DNA of 59,300 nt from Craspedostauros australis (Eukaryota): positions 1 through 59,300 of the forward strand of contig JALAGF010003442.1 in the NCBI GenBank assembly GCA_030167865.1. Direction: 5' to 3'. A program made the position numbers and the translations under genes. Shown here one piece after another: positions 1 through 10,453 of the stretch (the first letter of the stretch is position 1; each line of letters starts with the position of its first letter). The notes under the pieces were generated by a model. That model did not search any database. It was not told the origin of the DNA and worked only from the letters and a program-made list of their open reading frames with translations.

Positions 1-3000
1 CGAGCATGCTGTTGGTGACCTTGATGTTCAATGCGCACGCAATGAGAATGTCTGGATTGAGAAGCGTAGCATCCGGGAAAGTGTTGAGGTATGTCATCAT
101 CCCCTCCAGCTCGTGGTTCAGCAGGATGGGCTGGCTGAGGAAGAGGATGGCTGTTCCCACCCGGAAGAAGATCTTGAAGGAACGCTCGACGAGCCAGATG
201 TCCCACATGTGACACACCGTCGCGGAGGGCATGGAGGGCAGATAAAGGAAGAGAGTTTGGAACCATCCCAAGGCGAAGAGGCCCACATTGAGCTCATGAT
301 GTTCGAAGTGGTCCGCCAGTACGGGAAGCTTGATTTGGATCAGCCTTTCGAAGACGCGGCAGCAGATCTTCAGACAGCGTAATTCTGGCCAGTACATGTG
401 GCGGAGGTTGTAGGTGGTGAAGAACGTGTCCATAACACGGAACACCGTCTCCTCCAGCACCATGTGCTTGTCCACCTCGCCCTTGATCACCTTCAATGCA
501 TCAACATCGGGCACTGTGTCGGACAAGCCAGACACGTTCCCGGCGGATATCACGACGCTGGGCAATGTACCTTGTGCACACTTCCACTGGACTGTGTCCT
601 GCAGGATCCTGAGCAGATGCGCCACGACGTAGTCCATGCCTTGGCAGTACCCCACATCTGGGTGAGCCGCTGATAAGGCGTGAAGGATGAAGCCAAGCTT
701 TTTCTTCATGCTCGACTTCATCTCATCAGTGAGAGCATTCCCGCTGAGCGCCAGATCTTCGGCCGGTGTGGTCAGGCGCAGCGACGCCGACCGGTCGAGG
801 CTGTCTTCTCGTTGCATACCGGAGAGGCTGCCAGTGAAGCTGCCAACGGGAGATACACCTCCCCAGTCGCTGACGGTGTCGGTTGGGGTTTGGCTCACTT
901 CGCTGTGTGCAGACGCATCATCGCCTTGTTCCCAAGGCGGCGGGCTCGTCGACGGCCGGGCACGTTCTTTCTGCAACTTGCCATCAGTGCCGACGGTGGG
1001 GGTTGGGATCACATCGCCGCCTCCCTTGACTCCTCGCGACATGATTCGGTTCCGCCCCCATGTCACCAGCGCGCGGACGATCGAGTCGGTTCTCAGCCGC
1101 GCGCCAGTCTTGTGCGGTGGCATGTTGCCGAATGACCTCGCCACATCGCGTTCGATGATATGACTCCATCGACTATCCTCGCCTTCCTGAGACAGCATCA
1201 CGAGATTCCTGTCATCGTCACTGACAGCATTCGCGCCATCCTCGTTGAGGTTGCCGCCGATATCTCCCCGGTTTTCGCCACGGCCGTTGCGAAAGTTGCC
1301 GTTCAGCTTTTGCAGCGTGATCCACATCCAGAATGCGGGGCGCACATTCATGCTCATCCCTCCAGCACGCACGGCGTCGCGCATGAGAACATGTTCGTTT
1401 TCTGACACGATCCTGTGGCAGAAGCGGTTGACCATCTTCATTCTGCAAACCGCCACTGGGTCACCCAGATAGTTGAGGACTCCGATGAGGACTCTGGGTG
1501 CCTCCAGAATGCCCTTGTCGAAGGGACTGGGGTGTTCGGTGGGTACTAGGTACAGGCGACTTGGGCGCACGTTCCTGCTCTTCGGTGTCTTCCCACCATC
1601 CTGCTGCAGGCTGCTCATGAACCCGTCGTTGGCAAAGGTGTCGATTAGAAGCTTGTCTGAGCTGCCATGGAGGTCGTCAGGTGCAGTTGCGACGCTGTCG
1701 CAATCGCAAGCCTTGCACACATCGAACATAAATTGCAGAATGCGTTCGATCGAGCCATCTGGATGCCCGAAGATGACTTCTTGGGCCGTCTTGCTTCCCG
1801 CCGCCTCCTCGATGGTGGCGCCAGGTGCTGCGTCACCCTTGGCCTTTTTGAGGGACAAGTCGACGATCTGCTGCAAGAATGGATTGACCCTTCCGAACGG
1901 CGATTGGACCTTGGATAAACGTGATGCCAGATACAGGAAGCTGACGAAGTTTGCAGCCGCTAGATGAGGCGATGTGGGATTTCCGCTGCTGGCTACGTCT
2001 GTGCTGATCGACATCGCACGAAGGCGTGGTCGCTTCTCTTCGATGAGAGTGGAAACGTGATCATCAAGCGCCGAACCGTATGTGTAGATCGTGGATTCAT
2101 CGGTTTCCATGTTCTTCAGTTCCTCGAAGGTTCCCGCCTCCAACAGCTCATTCGTGGTGGTGTTCACCGCGTCGGTCATGTGTTGGCACAGCACATTGAA
2201 GTTCGCGTCCTCTTCCAAGAGACGCTGTGCTTCCTGGAATCGTTCCGTCGGCGTTGTTTTCTGTAGTTCTGCGATCTTGAGCACCTGAGCGAACAACCAT
2301 GAGACTTGATCATCGTCCTGCGACACCTTGCTGGGAACAGATGGGACGTCATCGACATTGTGGTTCGACTTGTGGGTGTTGCTGCTGGCTTTGGATGGCG
2401 TTGTCACGATGTTGTCCGGGTACGTCCAGGCCATGAAGGCCCCGCCATCTACGAGGTTGTCGGTGTCTGCCGCGGGTTTTTCATCCTCCTCATCTGCTGT
2501 GCCACTCATGTTGATGGGGCTGCACACGACACCGTCGTTGCTGAAGAACGCTCCGAGGGCGCTGCTGCTCTGGTTCTTCACTTGCGCAGTTGGTGTCGTA
2601 TCTTGACCGCAAAAACCCATCGGGCTCGACCTGGGCTCCACGATCGCCGGGCTGGTCTCGTTCGATTTGGATTTGCTGACTATGCTGTACGGTTCTGCGT
2701 TGGCCAGCTCCTCCTCCAGCTTCACGGCTGCAGCTGAACTCGCCACAGCGACCCTCTCCGCCATCTTTTGGTCGCCCAAGATGGTGGATATGTGCGTGGG
2801 ACTCCTGCTGGAGTCCAGCTTCTTCGTGCTCTTGTACAACGACGTGGAGGTTGTAGTGAACAGACGCGGCGGAAGTGATTTCCCGTTGATGTCGTCCCAG
2901 CCCATGCTGTTGCCGTCGTCGTCGTTGTTGTTGCGCTCGACCATGGAGGAGACTTCAGCAATTGATCTCCTGGTAACGGTTGGGGGGTCATGCAGTCGTT

Positions 3001-6000
3001 GCTCCGCCTCCTCGTCGTCCTCTGCACCTTTCAATTTCTCCTCAGACTCGTACTCTAGACCAGTGCTCACCTTTGTGTCCATTTCAATCTCCAAACCTCG
3101 ATCTTCCCCCTGCTGGTCGTGCACGATTGTGTTGCGGCAATCTTTTCCTTCGATGCCTGCACCATGATGGGGATCCATCTGCTCTTCGATACCATCGAAG
3201 ACATGCTCCTCGCTGTGGCTCTGGACTATATCAAGACCGTGGCCAGCATCGGAACCATGTTGCGCATCGTGATTCGTCATCTTCGAAAAGGCCGTCGCAG
3301 TGTCGACGTCGATTGGTGGGAGGGTGAGATCATCAGCAAGGGCGGCGATATCGTAGTTTGGGCTGCCAGTCTCGCCAAGTTCGTTTGCATCATCTGTCGT
3401 GTCTGTAGCAATAGCATCCACGGCACCCAGCAGCGCTGGGTCTTGATCTACCGAATGCCCGCTTTGCACGCGTTGCAATGCGTTGTGGAGCACTCGGGCT
3501 CTTGCCGCATCGACCGGTGAGAGAGGCGCTTCGCTCGGTTCCAGCTCGAGGTCCTGATCCATCGTGACGATCGGTGAAGCGCGTCCAGAGAGATAGCTTG
3601 GAGGCGATGCAAGATCTATCTCGTCGTGAGAGTTCTGGTGCGGATGAGTATCCGGGGAGGGAACGTGTGCAAGATCGTCCACAGCACTAGTAGCGTCTGG
3701 ATCTTGATCGATGGCATCGTTGCCATTGTTGTCATCGATACCGACGTCGTTGTGGCTGTCGTTGTAGTCGTCTTTGTATCCGTCGCTACCGCCGACGCCG
3801 TCATCGAAAAAGGCGTTGCTGTCAACATTGACGCGGTGTTCGACCTCCGTGTCTGCGCCTGAGTCGGTGTCCACGCTATCGCACGCGACGGGCAAACCAC
3901 GGTCGTGGAGTGCCAGGAGTTCTTCTGGTTCATCGATGCCTGCGACAACGTTCGCTCCATCTGGACGCAAAGAGCCGTCAATCTCGTCGATGGCACCAGC
4001 CACGTTCTCGACAGAAGATGTGGTGGGAGGATCAGGACGTGCAAGCTCAGTAGCATTGAAGTTGTCTTCAGTACCGCTGTCGCTTCCGCCGGCACTGTCG
4101 TTGTGCGCCATGTCTTCGCTGTCGTGAGCACCGCTCGGGATGATGAATTGACCCATCTCCAACATCCCCACCTTTGGTTTGAAGCCGGTGCCAAATGTCG
4201 CCATGTCCCCGTCAAGGAATGAAACGAAGTGGTCGTCACCATCGGAATCGTCGTCACCGTGGACAGCGAGACTGATACCGACACCGACGGTGCGGTGACT
4301 GTTGGATTCGTTCACAGTGGGCTTGGGATCGACCGCCGAGCTCTCAGCCTGTTTCTGCGCCTTCACTTCGGCAAGATGGTTGTGCGCTCTCATCTTCGAA
4401 TCTTCCCACTTCTTCAGCTTCTCTTCGGGTGGAGGCGCTAGGAGAGGGATGGTGGCGTTGTGCCCGTCGTCTTCCGATGCTTGCTGTTCATCCTCCTCGT
4501 CGATGGTACCCTTCTTGCGACTGCGACTGCGACTGTGACGCCGTTTCTTTTTCTTCTTCTTCTCACCTGGAGGTGGCGGTGGAGGCGGCATGCTGCCTAC
4601 GTCGCCTGGTTGGGATGAGAGTGTGTTGGCAACCGAGTTAGTTGCCAGTGACGACAATCGGCTGCCCCCGCCTACGCTGTCGGTTGCTGTGTAGTTCTCG
4701 CCGAACAGCGACGAAGATGTCACGGAGCCTTCGACCACGGAGGCAGGGTAGTTGCCGCCGTGCACCACGAACCCGCCGGCTTCACCGCGCGTGTTCGTGC
4801 CTGTCGTTGTGGAAAACATTAGGGTATCGGCGTCGTTGGGATCTTCCGGCATGCCGCTGGTTCGCTGCTCGTGGGCACCGTGCGCAGCCGACGATGATTG
4901 GACGAAGGTCAAATTCTCGAGTTCCACAGCCACATCTCTAACAGAACTCTGGTGGTCATGCTGATGATGTTGATGCTGATGCTGATCTGCTGACCCAATC
5001 TCTTTCATTCCGTCTGCGCTGTCATGGCTGTTTGCCTGCACCATTGCTGCTTGGAACGTCGGTGCATCTTGCGCCGAAACATTGGCCAAATCCTCGGCCT
5101 GGCCGGATGTCGCATTCGTGAGCGCCCCCATGTCATCGAGGCCCATGCCCATATCTTCATTGATGTCTTCATGTTGGGAATGCTGGCTCATGTATGAAAC
5201 GCTTACTTCCTCGTCGCCATCATCGGTGCCATCATCGCCACCGGCCTTCTTCTCTGTGTCCAGCGAAGATTCGTCGTCGCGTTCGTTCGGTGCATTGTAC
5301 ACGCGCAACCTCTCCTCCATCGGGGTCAGCATGAAGCTGTACGCCGCAGAGCCGGTGTCCTGCAACGACGAATCGAGCATCCCGGCAGGACGTGTCAAGA
5401 GAGGTTTGTCATCGTCGTTGGGTTCAGCCTTCTTCTCCTCACCATCATCCTCCTCCTCCATCGACATGGCGGAGGCGGCAGCTGCGGCTGGGTGCGGCGT
5501 TGAAATTGGCAGCGAATCAGCCTTGCCCTTGGTGCTGGCCATCCGTTCGTTGTTGGATTTCATCATCTTCAAGAAGTAGGAGCTTGTGTTATCGTGCTTC
5601 TCCGTGACCTTGGAGAGAGAGATGTCGGAGAACCCCGCGTCTGTGTGGGCCCACGATCCAGTGTCGAACATGTCAACGGCTTCATCCTGCTTCCTGTCTC
5701 GCTTCTGCTTCAGGTCGTGCACCTTACGAAGGAGGGCTTCTTCATCGGGAGTCTTCGTCATGCTGTCCTGGGTGTCAGCTCCTGGTTGGATGTCGTGTGT
5801 GGCTTCTGACGAGTCGTGTTCGACGCTTCCCTTCGATCGGCATGCCAGGATAGGATCGTCAGGTGTCACGATCTCAGTCTCAGCCTCCGCGTCCGTCTCC
5901 CTTTCTCCTTGTTGTAGTTTTGGAGCATCATACACCATTGCTCGACTTTCCACCTCGTCATGCGATTGCAGAAGCTGGTTGGCAACGTGTTCGATGTCCG

Positions 6001-8056
6001 CAGCGAGAGTAGGAACTCCAGCCGAGAAGTCAGTGACACCGCTCGGTGCCAAAGAATCGGTTTCGAACATATCCGGAGCTTCAGCTGACATGTTGAGCGC
6101 GGATGCCACTTGCGCTGGGGTGGCCTGACGCTGCGGCCGTTGGACTCCGCCTGTGTCGCCGCTGCCAAAACCACTGTTGATGCCTATCGCAAATGGATCG
6201 TCCGGGAATGCGGCCGTGGGCGCCTCTTCTGACATGTTCGATGAGTTCGCGGCGACTTCTGGCGCGGTGGAAGCTGTTGGGAAAAGTTCCGTCGCTGTTG
6301 GGTTCCACGTGAGGTCTTCGTTGCCATCGTTTTCTGCTTCTTCTGGGATCGCTCCGTTTCCATCTGCAGATGGTTTGGCAGCGGGTGGTGGCGAAGGCGG
6401 GTGTTGGAGGATGGATCTCATGTCGAATCCGCTCGAAGCGACCGAAACTTCCGACTGAATTTCCTCGAGCGCAGGATCATCAAACTGATTGAGCTGTTGC
6501 TGATCTTGCGAAGTCGGTTGTGCAGCGTCTTCCGAAGCATTCGGAGATCCTGTTGTTGCTGCGATCGCACTGTCATTTTTGTCTTCATATGGTTGCATAT
6601 TGCTCAGGTGCTCCAACAGTGAGGATTGATTTAGTCCTTGGTCTTGGTCCTGTTCTTGGTCCTGCTGCTGCTGTTTTCGCAGGTCGTCCTGTGAGCCATC
6701 CTGTTGGCTTGCAACTTGCGTAGTTTCGGGGTTATCATCGACAGTGTCGGCGTTGTCAACACTATCCTCTGGCTCATCCTTGTTGCTTTCCGCAGTATCG
6801 ACTTCGGTGTGCTGAGTTGCGGGAAGTGGGTTTACGATTGGGGCGCATTCACCCATTGGAGGCACACTTGTTGCGTCCTCCGCCTCTTCCATCTCAACTG
6901 CTTCTGCCAATTCCATTTGCGGGACCACTTCTTTGGTGGGATGTTGAGTTTCCCCCTCGCCCGGATTAGTTGTCGCTTCATCGAGATCGGATGACGCTGC
7001 GGTCGTGGTTATGGCGGCTATTGCATCTATGCCGGTGACTGCTGAGTCGGGCTCAGCGGACTTGGACTGGTGCCGACTAGCGGTGGATGATGCGATCGCG
7101 TCGGCAGCGGCAGCTACTGCGGCGGCTTGCAAGCTCGCCCTGTTGGGGGAAGCAGATCTGGACGCCGATCGTCCCTTGACTATGGCCTTCTTCTTGGAGA
7201 GCTTTTCGAAGAGCTTGTTGCGCCTCGAGGGACTGCGCGACGCGCGGCTGGGGAAGTTCCTGTTCGGTGTTCTGGGGATGCTTGAATCGGAGCTATCCCT
7301 GCGTGATGGCGAGGCTGCTGGTGATCTCGTTGACACGATCACTCGTGCTGGGGAAGGGATTGACGACGATGATGACGATGGTGCTCGTCCAGCCCTTGGC
7401 AGATTGAGAGTGTCAGCTGATATTTCGGATGTCGCCATCTGCGCTGGTTTGGAACCATTGGGATGTTGCTTCGTCATCGATATCTTCCTCAGACGTTCCG
7501 ACTTGCTGGGTGTCTGTGGTGGAAGCTTGGCGATTCCATCATCAGTGGCAGGTTTTTCGGCGTCAGGTGTCGCCTTCTTGATGCTGGTCGTGTCGTCACG
7601 AGCAGCATCGGCATTAACGCTATCCGCTGGCACAGGCGTCGCACTTGCTTCATTCGGTTTTGGACCACTCAGGCTGGAAGTCCGCTTCCTGTGCGCAAAC
7701 CTCCGAGCCGAGGCGCTGTTGCCGAGGTATGATCTCGAGGGCTTTCTGGTTGGAGTTGAGACTGCCGATTTGTCCGTCGCGGCTGTTGCTGACATGCCGT
7801 CGCCAGTGCCCTTGTGAGCGTCGTCATGTGCGGACCCATTCTTGAGACGGTCAGGAGTCTTTGGGCCTGCGCCGTTGTCAGCCTCATCGTTCTTAGCGTC
7901 GACTTTGGTGCCGCCCTTGGTGTTGTTTGTCTCCGAAGTTGAGGAGGATCGGAAGTGGCGGTTCAGGATCTTCGTCTTCCGAAGCCGGCGTCGGTTGGGT
8001 GAAGGCGATGCGATGGCCGCCGGCGTGGCGGTTGTCTTCGGCGTCTCCTCCGCCAT
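1..8056 (-). CDS. Giant (>2,680 aa) TBC-domain Rab GTPase-activating protein, 3' end outside the window
   Basis: The minus-strand frame starts at ATG 8056 (MAEETPKTTATP...). Segments translated at 8056-7720, ~4990, 2300-1100 and 660-1 are open and in the same frame, and the track lists no closed ORF in this frame below 8056, consistent with one ORF running off the edge. TBC catalytic motifs: IERDVAR (IxxDxxR, 1156-1136) and GYCQGMDYVVAHLL (YxQ, ~652-611), followed by LPVLADHF...FALGWFQTLF...MWDIWLVE...FFRVGTAIL. The long N-terminal region is low complexity. Confidence 0.9.
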   Translation of the reverse strand, partial: MAEETPKTTATPAAIASPSPNRRRLRKTKILNRHFRSSSTSETNNTKGGTKVDAKNDEADNGAGPKTPDRLKNGSAHDDAHKGTGDGMSATAATDKSAVSTPTRKPSRSYLGNSASARRFAHRKRTSSLSGPKPNEASATPVPADSVNADAARDDTTSIKKATPDAEKPATDDGIAKLPPQTPSKSERLRKISMTKQHPNGSKPAQMATSEISADTLNLPRAGRAPSSSSSSIPSPARVIVSTRSPAASPSRRDSSDSSIPRTPNRNFPSRASRSPSRRNKLFEKLSKKKAIVKGRSASRSASPNRASLQAAAVAAAADAIASSTASRHQSKSAEPDSAVTGIDAIAAITTTAASSDLDEATTNPGEGETQHPTKEVVPQMELAEAVEMEEAEDATSVPPMGECAPIVNPLPATQHTEVDTAESNKDEPEDSVDNADTVDDNPETTQVASQQDGSQDDLRKQQQQDQEQDQDQGLNQSSLLEHLSNMQPYEDKNDSAIAATTGSPNASEDAAQPTSQDQQQLNQFDDPALEEIQSEVSVASSGFDMRSILQHPPSPPPAAKPSADGNGAIPEEAENDGNEDLTWNPTATELFPTASTAPEVAANSSNMSEEAPTAAFPDDPFAIGINSGFGSGDTGGVQRPQRQATPAQVASALNMSAEAPDMFETDSLAPSGVTDFSAGVPTLAADIEHVANQLLQSHDEVESRAMVYDAPKLQQGERETDAEAETEIVTPDDPILACRSKGSVEHDSSEATHDIQPGADTQDSMTKTPDEEALLRKVHDLKQKRDRKQDEAVDMFDTGSWAHTDAGFSDISLSKVTEKHDNTSSYFLKMMKSNNERMASTKGKADSLPISTPHPAAAAASAMSMEEEDDGEEKKAEPNDDDKPLLTRPAGMLDSSLQDTGSAAYSFMLTPMEERLRVYNAPNERDDESSLDTEKKAGGDDGTDDGDEEVSVSYMSQHSQHEDINEDMGMGLDDMGALTNATSGQAEDLANVSAQDAPTFQAAMVQANSHDSADGMKEIGSADQHQHQHHQHDHQSSVRDVAVELENLTFVQSSSAAHGAHEQRTSGMPEDPNDADTLMFSTTTGTNTRGEAGGFVVHGGNYPASVVEGSVTSSSLFGENYTATDSVGGGSRLSSLATNSVANTLSSQPGDVGSMPPPPPPPGEKKKKKKRRHSRSRSRKKGTIDEEDEQQASEDDGHNATIPLLAPPPEEKLKKWEDSKMRAHNHLAEVKAQKQAESSAVDPKPTVNESNSHRTVGVGISLAVHGDDDSDGDDHFVSFLDGDMATFGTGFKPKVGMLEMGQFIIPSGAHDSEDMAHNDSAGGSDSGTEDNFNATELARPDPPTTSSVENVAGAIDEIDGSLRPDGANVVAGIDEPEELLALHDRGLPVACDSVDTDSGADTEVEHRVNVDSNAFFDDGVGGSDGYKDDYNDSHNDVGIDDNNGNDAIDQDPDATSAVDDLAHVPSPDTHPHQNSHDEIDLASPPSYLSGRASPIVTMDQDLELEPSEAPLSPVDAARARVLHNALQRVQSGHSVDQDPALLGAVDAIATDTTDDANELGETGSPNYDIAALADDLTLPPIDVDTATAFSKMTNHDAQHGSDAGHGLDIVQSHSEEHVFDGIEEQMDPHHGAGIEGKDCRNTIVHDQQGEDRGLEIEMDTKVSTGLEYESEEKLKGAEDDEEAEQRLHDPPTVTRRSIAEVSSMVERNNNDDDGNSMGWDDINGKSLPPRLFTTTSTSLYKSTKKLDSSRSPTHISTILGDQKMAERVAVASSAAAVKLEEELANAEPYSIVSKSKSNETSPAIVEPRSSPMGFCGQDTTPTAQVKNQSSSALGAFFSNDGVVCSPINMSGTADEEDEKPAADTDNLVDGGAFMAWTYPDNIVTTPSKASSNTHKSNHNVDDVPSVPSKVSQDDDQVSWLFAQVLKIAELQKTTPTERFQEAQRLLEEDANFNVLCQHMTDAVNTTTNELLEAGTFEELKNMETDESTIYTYGSALDDHVSTLIEEKRPRLRAMSISTDVASSGNPTSPHLAAANFVSFLYLASRLSKVQSPFGRVNPFLQQIVDLSLKKAKGDAAPGATIEEAAGSKTAQEVIFGHPDGSIERILQFMFDVCKACDCDSVATAPDDLHGSSDKLLIDTFANDGFMSSLQQDGGKTPKSRNVRPSRLYLVPTEHPSPFDKGILEAPRVLIGVLNYLGDPVAVCRMKMVNRFCHRIVSENEHVLMRDAVRAGGMSMNVRPAFWMWITLQKLNGNFRNGRGENRGDIGGNLNEDGANAVSDDDRNLVMLSQEGEDSRWSHIIERDVARSFGNMPPHKTGARLRTDSIVRALVTWGRNRIMSRGVKGGGDVIPTPTVGTDGKLQKERARPSTSPPPWEQGDDASAHSEVSQTPTDTVSDWGGVSPVGSFTGSLSGMQREDSLDRSASLRLTTPAEDLALSGNALTDEMKSSMKKKLGFILHALSAAHPDVGYCQGMDYVVAHLLRILQDTVQWKCAQGTLPSVVISAGNVSGLSDTVPDVDALKVIKGEVDKHMVLEETVFRVMDTFFTTYNLRHMYWPELRCLKICCRVFERLIQIKLPVLADHFEHHELNVGLFALGWFQTLFLYLPSMPSATVCHMWDIWLVERSFKIFFRVGTAILFLSQPILLNHELEGMMTYLNTFPDATLLNPDILIACALNIKVTNSML

Positions 8057-9237
8057 GGTTGGAAACCGATGGGATGTCAGCAGTTGCGGCTTGTGCAGAT
8101 GTGTGTGTCGTACTCACAGCAGCGCACACAGCAGCGCACGTGGCACCTGATCTCGCTGGCCTGATGGCTCCTCCTGTCCCCTGGCTTGCTGTTCCTTGGG
8201 CTGCGGCTGGGGGCTGCGCAGGCAATTGCCAACAGTCAGGGGGAGTTGCGGAAGGAGCAGAGAGTGAAGGATCAACGTCGCTGCCTGTGGGATCAGATGC
8301 AGAACACCAAAACCGCGAGTTCAGCCAGAGGATGAACTTGTGACTGGTGCTGTTCCTTGTTCTGATGATACTGGCGCTGATGATACTTGCGCTGATGAGA
8401 CAATGAATGAGCACCAGGCGCCTCTTGTCCCTCCCTCGTCACGCCTTGCCGTCCTTGTTTCTGATCCTCCAGGATTGCGCTGTTGCGGTCGTCTCCCTCC
8501 ACCTTGCCGAAAGTTTTTTCGTGCTGGCTTGGTCTGGCTTGGTCTGGCTTGGCGAGTTTCCGTGTGCTGGCCATGTGCACTTTGTTGGAGGGAATTTCTA
8601 AGCGCGAACGCCAACCAAGCTAACGTCAACGTTAATTCAAAATAAGTGCTAAATGTGAATTGAATATAACATATTAAAGTTTGAATATTGTATATACGCG
8701 CATTTCACCAAGTGATCGCCAATGTGTATCCTTCGTGGTGGAATGTCGACGACTAAATCGATCAAAGTCAGTCGTTCATGTTGTCCGTGACTTCGTGTCC
8801 AACAAAGGTATCCGTGACTTGCACGCCAGTCGACAACGGATGCAGTCCCAATCACGAAATCACCCAATTTGTCTCTTTTCGTGGTTCTGGTGGCAACACA
8901 AGGATGGTGAGAGTGTGTGGAGCATGCGATAGGAGAGCAGGATAGAAGCACATATCTGCAGATAGTACTCCAGGCGTACGCTATGGATTGGGATGCCAGA
9001 ACCTGGGCAGGCGCTGCTGTAATTTTCATAGTACTGTTGTACGAGCTGTGGCACGAGAGTTGTACATCGAACTGTGTTACATTACTCTATTGATTCATTT
9101 TAATTAGATTCGTCTGCATCTGTCTGCGTCCGTGTGAGGCGGTGCGCGAGTTGCTAGCCGTTGCTGTTGCCACTGGTGCGCTGCGTCCGTTTCTACATGT
9201 ACTGGCCCATGTCTTTGACTCGTTGTGACGGATCATG

Positions 9238-10453
9238 TCATCTCTCGACAACGGGACTCTGGACGTTCTCGCTGTCGCCGGTGCCGGCGTCGTCAGTGGC
9301 CACGCCGTCGCTGTTGGCTTGCGTGGCAAGGATGACAACCCAGACGATCTCGACGATGTCGACCCACAGCAGCCGGTGCTCGGTCGGGAGCAGCCCGTAC
9401 GTGACGACGTGGGCCAACGGCCACAGCTTGAGCCCGCTCACGATCAGAGGCAAAGTGTTCCGCTTGATGTCCGCCAAGACGCTGGCAGGGTCTTCCAGCT
9501 TCATCATGCCTAGCATGAGCATGTAGATGGCATTCCATGACGGACCCCAAAAGAGCTGATCGACGCCTATCTTCGGGATGGTGGCCCACCACGCCGTCCA
9601 GTGCAGCTGGTCGTTGAAGAATGTTTCGGAGATGTCGTACCAGAAGTGCGACAGAATGCCATGGCCACAGAGCCCGGCCAGCATGCTTCGGATGGTGCGA
9701 GGCACGTCCAGCGTCCATTCCTCGTCGCCAAGCTTCGACCGTTGCGCCATGATGTCGCCGATGGTGTATACGACGCCAGACGTGACGGCCTTGGTGGCAA
9801 TGGGCGCTGAGGCTAGGACTTGAGTGTAGGACTGCCAGAGCTGGAGCGCATCGGCCTTGATGGTCTCGTGGACGCCGTATTCAGTGCCCAGTGCGATGAG
9901 TGCAAGCGCCCCCATGGCTGTGGAAAGAGCCGGCTTGGCGACGGTGAACATTTGGTTCAGGTCTATCGCCAATGCGCTGGGCGGTGCCTTCATTCTGTCA
10001 TCATCACCGGTTGGCAGCGGCATGGCGCTATTTGCGTGGCCGTGGAGAGTGCCAGCGGAGATGGGGTCGGTGACAGCTTCTGTGCGAGAACTCAGAAGCG
10101 CAGACGATGTCCCGTAGTGAAATCGCTTCATTGGTGTGACCTGCGAGGGATGCGCCAGAGCGGAACGAGGGGGAAGGGTAACGAGAGGAGGGACGTGGTG
10201 CAGCTTGATGTCAATGACTTCATATCACAACGCCTGTTTGTTCGTGCAGACGCTCTCATGGTGGGCTTTCCGTGCTTCAAAGAGGCAGCCACCGCGAGCC
10301 CGAATGCAATGACCGCCGCCATCGTCATCACGGTAGTAGGTAGCTGCCATCCTCCTCGATGGAACTTACTCTTCCATCGTGACGCGGTGGGGTGGTGATG
10401 GTGAACGCTGCGCAAGGCGCAACGATAGCGACGAGGAGATGAGTAAGTCTCAT
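9238..10453 (-). CDS. Mpv17/PMP22 family membrane protein, probably plastid-targeted; 2 exons, ~328 aa
   Basis: Exon 1 is 10453-10370 (MRLTHLLVAIVAPCAAF...), then a phase-0 intron 10369-10141 (GTAAGT...CAG) and exon 2 10140-9238. Motifs: PIATKAVTSGVVYTIGDIMAQ, HFWY, KIGVDQLFWGP, GLKLWPLAHVVTYGLLP.EHRLLWV. Confidence 0.88.

Noticed and set aside
8364-8552. Short tandem repeats (15-mer and 10-mer); also a 12-mer at ~31380-31440 and a (CAT)n(CAG)n run at ~37045-37090
   Set aside because: Simple slippage repeats without unique spacers or cas genes; not CRISPR.
10328-10333. In-frame TGA after the Mpv17 leader (possible readthrough or selenocysteine)
   Set aside because: It falls inside a canonical GT-AG intron whose removal restores the frame.
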